NCBI RefSeq assembly: GCF_006345805.1
Contig: NC_043008.1
Coordinates: 39,928,001-39,992,000, forward strand
Source of the DNA: Octopus sinensis
Taxonomy: Eukaryota
Length of the DNA stretch: 64,000 bases
Direction of reading: 5' to 3'
Part shown: in pieces, positions 41,330-53,697 of the stretch
Position numbering within the stretch: the stretch's first letter is position 1
How the letters are laid out: the number at the start of each line of letters is the position of its first letter
Made by a program: the position numbers and the translations under genes
Notes under the pieces: generated by a model
Seen by the model: only the letters and a program-made list of their open reading frames with translations
What the model was told of the DNA's origin: nothing
Database searches by the model: none

Positions 41330-41387
41330 TATGATTGTCACACGCTGACGAGAGGTCAATACTCAAACTCGAGTCCGTGTGTATCAT
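41330..41387 (+). ncRNA. Type I hammerhead, damaged copy
   Basis: CACACG-CTGACGA-GAGGT-caat-ACTC-AAAC-TCGA-GTC-CGTGTG lacks one C of stem II and G12 of GAAA relative to the next unit. Confidence 0.75.
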
Positions 41388-41675
41388 AATTGAAGACGGG
41401 AAGGATGACTTCCCTTGCAAATACTGACAGGACACAGATAGTGTGTCTAGGCCAGCTGGAGGAGTGTGTCCTCCTGGGGCTAAAAACTACAGTAGCATCC
41501 ACCCTTAGGGGTTAGCCATATTGAAATGGCAAAAATACGTTCACGATGTGTTACCGCTACGTATATAACTCACTTTGATATTTATCATTGTTTGATTTCA
41601 CTTTTTCAATATCAGCGACAGTGGGCGCTGGAAAAAGTATAAGTGTTGTGAAGGAATCTAATTCTCGGCGACAAC

Positions 41676-41736
41676 TATGATTGTCACACGCTGACGAGAG
41701 GTCAATACCTCGAAACTCGAGTCCGTGTGTATCATA
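41676..41736 (+). ncRNA. Intact minimal type I hammerhead ribozyme
   Basis: TATGAT-tgt-CACACG | CTGACGA (41691-97) | GAGGT-caat-ACCTC | GAAA | C-tcga-G | TC^ (cleavage after 41723) | CGTGTG-t-ATCATA. All core nucleotides, the GUC triplet and three stems are present. Confidence 0.93.
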
Positions 41737-41893
41737 AGTTGAAGACGGGAAGGATGACTTCCCTTTGCAAATACTGACAGGACACAGATAGTGTGTCTAT
41801 GGCCAGCTGGAGGAGTGTGTCCTCCTGGGGCTAAAAACTACAGTAGCATCCACCCTTAGGGGTTAGCCATATTGAAATGGCAAAAATACGTCA

Positions 41894-41930
<37 letters not shown>

Positions 41931-42564
41931 ATTTTGCGTCTCATTAGAGTCTTCTTTCGCTTATATATATATATATATATAGAGAGAGAGTTTATTGGAA
42001 TATTTCAACCGATCAAAATGTAATATATCTAATATCCTTTTTCATGTCCGAAATATATCCCACCTAAGGTATTCTGAAATGCAAACTTATATATTTATAT
42101 ATGTTTTGTAATTTAAATGGGATGTACAATTAAAGAATTGTAGACAATGATAATTAATAAATTAATTCATATCCACTGAATCTCTGCATTTTCAAACTCA
42201 ATAATTATGTACATATATATATATATATTTATATGTATGTATATATGAGTCTTTGTATGTATATATATTTATATACATTTATATATACATATATATATAT
42301 ATAAATATATACATACATGTATATGTATATATATATATGAATATATATTTATGTATATATATAAATATATGTATAGGTATATATATATATATATATATAT
42401 TTGTGTGTGAGTGCTTGTGTGTGTGTGTGTGTCCGTATGTGTGTGAGCATAGACTTTTGGTTGAGAAATCAAATACACTAGTAAACATAGCGGAAACCAT
42501 TTACTATGTTATCAATTACATAATCTTTTCTACTATAGGCACAATGCCTGAAATTTGAAGAAGG

Positions 42565-42730
42565 GGAATGGGTCGATCATATCGACCCCAGTGCACAACA
42601 GGCACTTCTTTTATCGACCCCGAATGAAAGAAAGGCAAAGTGGAATTCGTTGAAATTTGAACTCAGAACGCAGCGACGGACGAAATACCGCTAATAATTT
42701 CGTCCAGCGTGGTAGCGATTCAGCCTGAGT
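42565..42730 (-). mobile_element. SINE family B relic
   Basis: atcgaccccagtgc...atcgaccccgaa..aaaggcaaagt..atttgaactcagaacg. Confidence 0.75.
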
Positions 42731-42884
42731 ACCGTTTTTCGTCCATTATATAATATTGAGCGAATAACCAACATGACTTAGTCATTATTCCCATCCACGG
42801 TTACTAACATCTGAAATGATATGTCACCCACACATAACACACAGTCATTCACACACAAACAGATGCACACACACACAGGACGTA

Positions 42885-42894
42885 ACAGATAGAT

Positions 42895-42973
<79 letters not shown>

Positions 42974-42975
42974 CA
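42885..42975. repeat. (GATA)n microsatellite
   Basis: Directly visible. Confidence 0.95.
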
Positions 42976-43814
42976 AAGAGAAAGTGGGAGAGATAGGTAG
43001 GTCAATACATAATCACATAAAATGACCTCAGATTTGTATAATGATTGAGGCGTTTCTTTACTTGTCACAGGTCATGTTTAGATAAGAAATATAGTCCATC
43101 AAGCTAAAAGAAATCTCACTTGTTATGTGAGAGGTTCGTGAAGTTTTACCGTAGAAGTATCAAATTTTCGAAGCTGCTTTCATAAAATATAACAGATATA
43201 GTCATAAGAAATAACTCAAGATTATTCGAATTTCTATGTATACTTTATTACGTGAGCAAATTTAAATAAATGTAGATTATATGTGTAGACAGTGAAATAA
43301 AAATAAACTAGCATAGATCAACACAAACAATAGCAGCATTTCAGAAATTATTTGTAACTAAAGTCAAATAGATTCTAAATGTCTGATAGCGGAAGCAAGA
43401 GAAAGACGAGACTGAAAATAATTACCTAATTTGAGAAATCAGTTATCATCTGCGAGACTGGATCATTAAAGGTTTGCTTAATTTTTTTCAATTTTAATAA
43501 TAATCATGCTACGTAGACTTGATTAGGTTATTCATATAAAATTTCTAAAATGTCTGAGCTATTTCACACAGGATATGAAGACAAACTTGCATCTGACAAA
43601 TAATTACAGTTTTCACAAGAAGTGGTAAAATATATTGCAAATTATTGATGAGGATTATTGCTGTTACACCAAAGCTAGTTTCAATACAACGATAGTATAA
43701 AAGTGAACCACTATAAACCAACGAAACTACAAAAGTTTCTCTGCCTGTTAAATGCATGCGTTTACACACACATACGTACAAACACTCACATACACATATA
43801 TTTATTTATTTATT

Positions 43815-44000
43815 TATTTTTATTGCCCACATTGGTCTAAACATATAGGGCACAAACAAGGACAGACAAAAGGGATTAAGTTGATAACATAGAAGCAAGT
43901 GCGTAAGTGGTACTTATCTAATCGACCCTGAAATGATGAAAGGCAAAGTCCAACTCGGCAGAAATTGAACTCAGAACGTAACGGCAGACGAAATACCGCT
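43815..44000 (-). mobile_element. SINE family B, 5'-truncated
   Basis: Matches the tail and central region of the 25358 copy. The head is replaced by a (CTT)n tract. Confidence 0.8.
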
Positions 44001-44026
44001 TTGATTTGTTACTGAGTCGTCGTCGT

Positions 44027-44165
44027 CTTCTTCTTCTTCTTCTTCTTCTTCTTCTTCTTCTTCTTCTTCTTCTTCTTCTTCTTCTTCTTCTCCTCCTCCT
44101 CCTCCTCCTTCTTCTTCTTCTTCTTCTTCTTCTTCTCATTATTATTATCATTATTATTATTATTA
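44027..44165. repeat. (CTT)n/(CCT)n/(ATT)n tract
   Basis: Directly visible. It is the source of the poly-Arg ORF. Confidence 0.95.
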
Positions 44166-44167
44166 TT

Positions 44168-44612
44168 GAGTGAGAGAGCAGTTCATGTCATCAAAGTGAC
44201 ACTGAGGTAAAATATACGAAGCCCAATATACCCATCATGACTACCCGTCTGATAAGGGTACACCAGGCACATGCATCACAACCATATTTGCGCGACATGG
44301 TGATCTCATATCAAGATAAACAGCACATGACCTTGCAGGTGGGGCCCAGTTAGAAATTTCTTCAGGTTGAGTAGCCCATCCCGCTCAAAAGGTCCCTGAA
44401 TAAGGGTTGTTTAAGGATGTTGAAAGAACCACCCATGTTTCCAGAGGTGAATTATTCAAACCCCAAAGAATCCCTCTCAACACATGGCTATGATGCTCCC
44501 CCACTACTTCTACTCGTGATCAGAGATGCACATATCGTCAGCCACTAAGGGACATGCTCAACTGGTTACGGTCAAACAACTGACAAGCAAATCTGTGGTA
44601 TTGAGCAGAATA
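44168..44612 (-). mobile_element. ~440-bp GC-richer insert in (ATT)n, probably a LINE 3' UTR fragment with (AAT)n tail
   Basis: Bounded by (ATT)n on both sides, like the R4/Dong ends at 34.4 kb. Only one copy is in the window, so the class is inferred. Confidence 0.45.
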
Positions 44613-44635
44613 TTATTATTATTATATTATTATTA

Positions 44636-44683
<48 letters not shown>

Positions 44684-44925
44684 TATTATTATTATTATTA
44701 TTATATAAAGATAAGATCCAAAGATTCAGGTTTAGGGAGTTTGTAACCTTTGAGTTGCCCGTAGACGGTATAAAAAATCTTCCAGGTACAATAGTGGTTT
44801 ATTGGCGTATAAGGTTGTGAAGTTTTCCCATCTCGAAGTTTGATAGTTCGAGAAAAGTTACTTTACAGTTTACATTTAGCAACTGGGGTTGCTATGTGTG
44901 CTAATAAAAACCCAAATTTTGTGAG

Positions 44926-45225
44926 TAAAACCCAGGCTACATATATTTCCTTGCTAGCAGAACTTCGGAAACAGTAAATAGTCTACGAGAGGTACTCCAC
45001 TAGCTACACATCTGGCCGAAGACACCTTAGTTAAATGAAGGTTACAATGGTATCAAGCGATCCCAAGTTAATTCGCTAGAAATTTTGAGATCCCTTCACG
45101 ACAAGGTAACTTTAATTTAACCAAGGTATCTTCAGTTTGATGAATATCCAGTGGAGTACCCCTTGTTGAGTAATTACTACCTTCGATGTTCTGCTAACTA
45201 GAATGCAAATGTAGCCTGAATTTTA
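44926..45225. mobile_element. Old foldback/palindromic element
   Basis: Arms 44926-45045 and 45106-45225 are imperfect reverse complements (e.g. GGTACTCCACT/AGTGGAGTACC, TAGCAGAAC/GTTCTGCTA, CAGGCTACAT/ATGTAGCCTG). Confidence 0.75.
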
Positions 45226-47399
45226 TCTACTCCATTCCCTAACCATGGATATGTATATAAGTATATTAATAGATTTCTACATATATACCTATACCCACCT
45301 ATCTATCTACTCCAAAAAGTAGTTCGCGTTTTATTTGCCGTTTCGCTTATATCTATAACAATACATTTCATTTCATTTAGTGTCGCATTCTTTACGTCTC
45401 TATAATGAACACCATATTAGCTGTAGATTACTGGTGCATGATGCGTCGAAATGAACGCAGTGCTTCTGAATAAAGAGTCATGTGAGTTCTATTTCCTGCC
45501 TATCGTTCTTTTTATAAATAGCTCCGTGGATACAAATGAATTCCTGAAGTAAATCCAGTGGCATATACCTCCATAGTGTTGTTAACATCAGGTAACCGAA
45601 TGCTGTGGACAGGTTTTAAACGGCATGCTACAAGGTGTCAACCCGAACATAGAATAATTATATTATTACTATATATATATATCTTTGTATGATGCATGCA
45701 GAAAAACATACAAAGAATCGCACGCACGTTATATACAACCATTTGCACGTTGCTCTTATATATTTATAGTTATTAATTTATTTTCTTTCTATTTGCAACT
45801 TCTTGGTCATGATATAGTTGCAGAAATCTGATCGTAACTATTCTAAATCTTTCATGTTATTGTTTGCTTTGAAACACAATAGCTGTTAAGTTTGTATTCT
45901 TGTATTCTTGTATTCTCTTGTAATGCGTCTTCTTCAAAGGTTCCTGTAAGCGACAATTCTCAACGAACATCGTGTAGAATCGGAGATTTCTTTCATCGAG
46001 CAGTAACATTGCCATTGATGTCGTTAATATTGGCTCGATTGTGCTAGTTAATAAACTACTAATGATTCACACACTGGTAGTGCTTTCAATGTATTTTATA
46101 GTTACTTAGAGTACTTAGCTTTCTGAAGCAGCATTTCTATATTTGTTTCTAATTTAGTCACCTACGCAGATATTTCTAAGTGGAAGAGAACAGAACATTA
46201 TATCGAACCCAGAGCATAGCCGGCTCTTAGGTTCCTTTTTTATTGACTCCAGAGGGATTAATGTCAAACAAGAAAATACAGTATAAAACTCCAGAAAACA
46301 CGATATAAAACACAAATATATCAGTTCGTCCGCCGTCACAAGATGAAGGAATATTCTTTCTAAAAGAAGATGGCAGCGCGGAGTCAGAAAAATCCATGTT
46401 TATGGAAAATAATGATTGAATCTGACATAACTGGATTTAAAATATCCAAGTTGGTATTAAGAGGAAGTTCAGAAGGGATGTTCGTTAACACGTCAAGAAT
46501 CTTATGTATGTTGTCACATAGACATAACCTCAAATCTCACAATGTAACGCACTCCATAGTCCAGCTAACAATGATTCTCTTGTGATGAAATTGGCAGATG
46601 AGGGACGTACTATTGTAGTAATTGACTGACTAGGGTGAGTATATTTCGGCTTATGAAGAACTTTTGTCACTTAAAACTTCTTCATATAAAAAAAAATACC
46701 TGTTGATCCAAACCCTACATAGAGGAACTTGACAGCATAATTTTAGAAATGGAGGGCAACAATTTCATAAATGTGATTGAATTCTGGATTTAGCACCCAG
46801 ATAAAAAATCACCTGTATCTTACGGTCTTCTAAAGATATACGAGAAGTTCGAAAAAGTTCTCCCATTGCACCCCAATAGCAGCTGCTAAAAATACTGCAC
46901 AGCCAATTTTTTAGAGTAGCTACATGGCGTCTTAATCCATGGCAAAAACGTTTCTATCTTCAGAAAACTTTTGATTTTGTGCCAAAATTAATTTTCTTAA
47001 GCACCAAATCAGGTCGAAAACTGTTTTTGATCACCATGTTTCTCTTCCTTACCTCAATGTTCACTGCGATGAGGGATGGAAGCATCTGAGTCATCTTTTG
47101 AAAAATTGTCAAAAAATGTATTCTACCCAATCTTCTCTGTCAATTATTGAAATCAGAGTTATAAATTAACACAATGAAGTTGAGAGAAATAATGTTACAA
47201 TCAGACGAGGTGTGGGAATAAATAAAATGATAGGAAAATGTCATCTCATTTACACAAAAGAAGATAGACAAGTGCTCTGCATTCTTTTTTCTTTTTCCTG
47301 GTGGTCATTTTGTCTACTAGAAGGGAACACGGGAATATTCCTGTTCATATTTTGAATTTTGTGGGGCATTTTTCCATTTTCACACTGAGGAAGACAAAT

Positions 47400-48660
47400 G
47401 ATGAAATATTGTTCAATTGGTACAATTCAATAAGCTGACTAAATGTCTTTTGTGAATTATATCACACTTGTCCAGCACCATACTCATCCTGATATCCTTG
47501 CTGAAGCTACGAACACTTTGTTGAAGGTTTCCCTGTTGCATGGTATCATTTTTAGTGAAATCTTTAAATCGTTCCTTTATAGATGATTTATTGTTTGTCC
47601 ATAGCATGCTGGTTTCGTTTAAAAAGTTTATTATTGGGTTCAGAGCAAGTCGGAAAAGCAGGGATGGTAGCAAGTCTGCTTGGAAAATCCTGCTTCTTAT
47701 GGGTATAGGGCAGGTTTTAATAACTTTTGGTTCACTTTCAGTGTCATCTGGTTTTCCAGTTTGCCATTGCATGGTTGAAATAATTTAGTAGTGTCGGAGT
47801 CAATCTATTTGTGCGAAGATATTCCAGTATACATGAGTGTGGAACACTGTTGAACACTTTCTGATAATCACCCAAAGCCTTGTTAAGGTTTGTCTCTTTT
47901 TTTTCTTACAGTCCTCTATAATGGTCGGTTTACCAGACGTTGCTCATTAGAACCATCCATTTCTTTCTAGCACGCCTTTTCTTCTTCTGGTAAAACATTT
48001 CTGCTTTCCAGGTCTATTATAAGCCGATTATAGATGACTGACGTGAGTGTTTGTACGTTGATATGCATGTTAGGAGCCTAAAATTTTAAGGGGAATATGG
48101 TGTCTTTGTTTTGGGTAATTAGAGCAGTTTCTCCTTGAAGCATCCAGTTTGGTGTTGATTCTGCCTTGATTATTAATAAATTAAATGCTGCTGCTATGTG
48201 TGTAAGGATACTGGTAATGTGCTGCAGCCTTAATTTGGGAACTTTGTGTATCCCTGGGGTTTTCCACCGACTGGTAGTCCAAAGTGAGTCTGTGACCCCT
48301 TGGCTTATGATGGTGAGCCATACCTGTGGTATTATCCTGCTCCTTCTTTCTCTCTATATCCATTGATCAATTTTTTGTGTTGCTATGGTTTGCATCATAT
48401 TCATTCCCAGTATTATTGAATCTCTGATGTTGTTGGCATGTCATCTATCGATTTCATTTTGGTTTAACTTTCTGTAAAATCTTCTCGTGTTTTTCTTAAA
48501 TACTCCATTTTCTTCGAAGAAGCGTTTCCGTTTACGGCACTGTTGTACGCAGCACGTTTTTTGTTGATAAACCCTGGTTAAATTTTTCTGTTACTTCTCA
48601 GGTATCTGCTTCAATTTTCATGTATTTTTTCTTATACAGGTCTTTTTACATTTCATGTTT
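47400..48660 (-). mobile_element. Decayed R4/Dong-like (R2-superfamily) LINE reverse transcriptase
   Basis: PNWMLQGETALI, VLPEEEKG, DYQKVFNSVPH, IRSRIFQADLLPSLLFRLALNP, VRSFSKDIRMSMVLDKC in order. An (AAT/CAT/CAA)n tract sits at the upstream junction. Confidence 0.85.
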
Positions 48661-48961
48661 GATGCACGTTTCTCTAATTCTCTAATTGTTGTTGTTGTTG
48701 TTGTTATTATTATTATCATCATCATCATCATTATTATTATAAAGGAACAAGTACCGCTATGGGCTCCGTATGGGTAGTCATCTAAGAGCTTTTGTTCATC
48801 TTGATGCTGACATAAGTTCCTTGTTTTTCCTGATGAGAAGGTGGCATAATGCACCCCTTATTCCTTCGGAATTAGGAATATGCAGCCTTCGAGAATAAAG
48901 GAATTTTGTTAAATCGTCGTTCAACTCCATTCTTTCATTTATATATATATATATATATATA

Positions 48962-49050
48962 ATACTTTAATTGTTCCACGTCCTGCGTTGCTGTGTTTTT
49001 TTCTCTTTTTTTCCTCTTTTTTTTCTGTGTTTTCTTGTTGGATTAACTTT
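48962..49050 (+). mobile_element. Family D terminal fragment
   Basis: Reverse complement of ~10130-10205, ending in (TA)n. Confidence 0.65.
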
Positions 49051-49158
49051 ATATATATATATATATTACATATATTAACCGATAAGGGTGAGAAAATTGG
49101 ATACCAATTTAATAGTACATCCATTTACCACCAAGTATTATGATACATTTTATACATG

Positions 49159-49409
49159 AATATAAGAGAGTGACCATGTGGTCTACTCTAGCACTAAAAA
49201 TAGATCCGCAAGCTTTCAGCCACAAAAGAAATTGTTTTCGATGAAAGTTAGCACTACTACCAGCGCAAATGAACAGGGCAAATAAAACACCCTGTTCATT
49301 TGCGCTGGTAGTAGTGCTAACTTTCAACGGAAACAATTTCTTTTGTGGCTGAAAACTTGCGGATCTATTTTTAGTGCTAGAGTAGACCACATGGTCACTC
49401 TCTTATATT
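49159..49409. mobile_element. Near-perfect 251-bp palindrome (foldback MITE-like)
   Basis: 120-bp arms (49159-49278, 49290-49409), an 11-nt loop CAAATAAAACA, and 3 mismatches counted. Confidence 0.92.
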
Positions 49410-49430
49410 TATATATTACATATATTATAT

Positions 49431-49834
49431 TTACTCTTTTATTTGTTTCAGTCATTTGACTGCGGCCATGCTGGAGCACCGCCTTTAATCGAGCAACTCG
49501 ACCCCGGGACTTATTCTTTTGTAAGCCCAGTACTTATTCTATCGGTCTCTTTTTGCCGAACCGCTAAGTAACGGGGATATAAACACACCAGCATCAGTTG
49601 TCAAGCAATGCTAGAGGGACAAACACAGATACACAAACACACACACGCATATATATATACATACATATATACGATGGGCTTCTATCAGTTTCCGTCTACC
49701 AAATCCACTCACAAGGCTTTGGTCGGCCCGAGGCTATAGTAGAAGACACTTGCCCAAGGTGCCACGCAGTGGGACTGAACCCATGACCATGTGGTTGGTA
49801 AGCAAGCTACTTACCACACAGCCGCTCCTGCGCC

Positions 49835-49835
<1 letters not shown>
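49431..49835 (-). mobile_element. SINE family A, full length
   Basis: Intact head, internal microsatellite and tail. Confidence 0.95.
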
Positions 49836-49869
<34 letters not shown>

Positions 49870-50749
49870 ATGTATGTATATGTATATATCTATATATATA
49901 TCAATGCACACACACGCGCACATACACACAAACACACACATACACACAAACACACATACATATATATATATGCACTTTTTTCTATAGTAATATGCTCATT
50001 ATTCTGAATGCATGAATCCGATTAGAAGGTGGCAATAAATAATTGAATTTCTTATAAATTTTTGCAAGAGGTTATACAATTCAGTTAGGAAATATAAAAT
50101 CATATTTCAAATTTTAAAAATTAAAGATTAATATTTATTTCGAAGTGTTTAAGTGCCTAAGTATATGTACATTTGCACCACAAATAATATGCATGCATAG
50201 CTGTACGCATGTGTGAATGTTATTCAATGCCTGTAAGTGCATAGGCGTACATACGTATAAATGCATATGTGTGCATGTCAGTATATTTATATATCTATGT
50301 CTTTATCTTCTGTATCGTTCTCTCTTCTCTCTTTATCGTCTCTCTCTCTCTCTGTATCTCTACGTCTCTCTCTCTCTCTATATATATATATACATACACA
50401 TAATATTTTTAAATTTACAGATTTAAGGTATTCAAAATATAACTGAATTGTACAGTCAGATTTAGATGTTAATACAGATTAAATATAGAATAATTGAATT
50501 ATTAAAGACATGTCCGCAATATCTCGCGAAAAACGTAAAGTCTAATTGAAAAGTATTTCCATAGTGTTTCTATCCTTACCTGACATGAAAGTATCAACTT
50601 CTCTTTTCCTCTGTATTCGCAACACTACGGTTCCCACTCCCTATCTCCCCCTCTCTTTATATATAGGTATACATCTATCTATCTATATATATATTTATTC
50701 ATAAATATTATATATGTGTGTGTATATGTGCACGTATGAATATAGGAGG

Positions 50750-50787
<38 letters not shown>

Positions 50788-50986
50788 TATCTTTATATAA
50801 ACATGTATAGATATACGTACACACATATATGTATATAAGCATACACACACCTATATTCATACATGCAAATATACACTCACATATATAATATTGATAAATT
50901 TACAGATATATATGAATCTCTAAAGATACATAAATGCAAATATATACGAATACCTACATATGTATATATATATATATAATATATAT

Positions 50987-51039
<53 letters not shown>

Positions 51040-51239
51040 CATAGTCACGTATTAGATTCTTCGTTTATTAGTGCATATATGTATATATATATACATATAC
51101 ATACATATATGTATATATATATATATATATATATAATGTCTGCATATGTATTCTATATGAGGACAGGTATGCGTGTAAGCGGGCAGACACAGTTTATTTA
51201 CATTCATACATTTATACATGCACCCATATACATGTATAT

Positions 51240-51282
<43 letters not shown>

Positions 51283-51814
51283 GTGAAAGAGTGTGCGAGA
51301 GATGCAAACATACGTACATTAACACATACATAGTAACATATAAATATCTACGTGTGTTTCTGTATGCTTATATACATTTCATGCTGCATACATACATAAT
51401 GTAACATGGCTTATATTTCAAGATAGATATCTGTCAGTTTAAATAAACATAGGAATGTATCTCAACGAACGAAAATTAAAATACATAACTGTGTAACTAA
51501 AATTATGCAAATCTATTCATAACATTAGTTATTACAAGTATTAAGCAAATTAAGTAGATACGTACAACGTGACTGTATGAAATTATACGTGTATGAATTT
51601 CAATATAAACATTCGCACACTTATTTCAAAATGTCTACTCAAAAGCTTTTATATTTACGCTCATTGGAACATATATAAATTCCACCTAGTCACTTTAACA
51701 AAACTATGTACATTTGCACATATATGCATGCACGCAAAAGTACACGCTCGTATGCAAACCTCGCTCACGTACACACAGGTATTTATATATAAATGCATAA
51801 ATTAATATAGATAG

Positions 51815-51884
51815 CTAGATAGATAGATATACAGTCAGATAGAGCGATAGTTAGATAGATATATAGATAGATAGGCAGACAAGC

Positions 51885-51979
<95 letters not shown>

Positions 51980-52052
51980 AAAATAGATAGGTAGCTAGAT
52001 AAATAGATAGATAGACAGATAAATAGATAGACGAATAAGTGAGGAGATAGAC

Positions 52053-52128
<76 letters not shown>

Positions 52129-52145
52129 TGATAGATTGATAGATA
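51815..52145. repeat. (GATA)n/(TA)n microsatellite
   Basis: Directly visible. Confidence 0.97.
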
Positions 52146-52959
52146 GAAAGATACGTACATACATATATAAAAGTTATGGTTCATTCTACCAAATATAATT
52201 TGGTAAACATAAGCATGAATATTAACACCTATACGAATTTACAAATGTGTAAGCGTAATCTCACCTTGACATGCATGTACCTTTATTCGCTAATCGAGCA
52301 TAGTTGCTTATTGAGAAGTTTGCCTCCCAACAGCATACATTTGGATTCAATTTCACTGCGCAGAGCTTTCGGCATCTGCTCTCTACTATAGCTCCAAATC
52401 AGCCAAGGCCTAGTTAGTAAAGTTGGTAGAGTTAAGCAGAAAGAAGTCCGCTGAGCATTTGCGTGTGTTGGGAGAGGTGTATATCATCCACCGACAACCC
52501 GTGTCGGATTTTTTAAGTGTTCGTAACTTAGCGTTCCGGTAAAAAGTTACCAAAAGAATAACTGCCACGCTTAGGGATAACAATAGACATAAAACATTTG
52601 TATGTTGCTCTAGTAACTTCCTTTGCTTCTTTCCACTGTTATTTGAATTAACACGTAATGTAGATTTTTCGATAGTGCCATGAGCGACGGCTTGGGTATT
52701 GCTTTGGCGAACACATCAGAAGCATAATGGTACGTATGCCAAACCAACCTGTCGCCATCCACTTCAAGGGAAAAATTTGACAAGTCAGTCAGTTACCGGC
52801 TGACGATACATCGAAGAGGCCAGAGAACAGTAGAAAGAAGAAGAAAGAAGATGTGCACCCAACACCAGAGCTGTAGACACCTTCGAAAGTGGTGGGAGCG
52901 GCCACGTCAAAATGGTTGAGGTGTAGGGGCCGAAACCGGACGTGGTTCCTCCTGATGAT

Positions 52960-53470
52960 GTATTGAGCTAACTGGATCGATCCTATAAAGGAGCAGTAGT
53001 GGTAGCAGATCACGAAACACGGTTGAAATTCCTCCTTGTGAATCACTCTATTGCACATTTATCAGTGTGTGGCATCGCCTTCCACCACAGACCCCCACTT
53101 CTGTAGGAAACGAATGGACCAACGTCTCATATTTGATCTTGGCACAATATCCCCAATAAGTATGAATTAACGTTTTTTCCTCCTCTAAATTCTTTTTTAC
53201 ACTTTTGAATCTTCTTTCCACCCTCTCTCTGCAAAATTCTCGTATTTACTTATCTTTATCTACTCTCTCCATCACCTTTTTCCATCTCCTTTCTGCATAT
53301 CCTTTCTTATAACTTATGTTTCACGTTAGTAGCCGCTGTTATTCTGGGTCCATTATCAGTTGGAGCCAGTTTTTCAAGCTGGGAGGATATTAACTCTCTT
53401 TTCTCTTTTTCTCTGCCCTCCCCACTGACGAAGGATTGAACCTGAAACGTTGGATATTCCACTCACCACC
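52960..53470 (+). mobile_element. Penelope-like element 3' end (GIY-YIG C-terminal tail, pyrimidine-rich UTR, HHR relic)
   Basis: Translates as RKRMDQRLIFDLGTISPISMN*RF, resembling the PLE terminal motif R..E..LIF.LGTL.P.G.N..F. CTGACGA-AGG-attgaa-CCT-GAAACGTT at 53425-53451. Confidence 0.75.
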
Positions 53471-53608
53471 GTGTGTTCACTGTACCCCTTTCACACTGGT
53501 CTATATTCTCTTGCCGATGAAGCGCTACTAGATTATTGCCTGGTTTTATATATATATATATATATAATATATATATATATTATATATATATATATATATA
53601 ATATATAT

Positions 53609-53691
<83 letters not shown>

Positions 53692-53697
<6 letters not shown>

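Larger units (their letters stand above)
41081..41896 (+). repeat. Tandem ~348-bp array (2.35 units) carrying hammerhead ribozymes: non-LTR retrozyme-like
   Basis: Units start at 41081, 41427 and 41777 and are near-identical. The array is flanked by (TA)n. Each full unit contains an HHR motif. Confidence 0.9.

Noticed and set aside
41081-41896. CRISPR array or ordinary satellite
   Set aside because: The context is eukaryotic, there are no short repeat-spacer units, and the 348-bp units carry a hammerhead fold.
46130-47130. Protein-like frames and a possible mariner remnant
   Set aside because: The frames are short, stop-ridden and inconsistent, and the TIR-like and DDPRSGRP-like hints are too weak to call.
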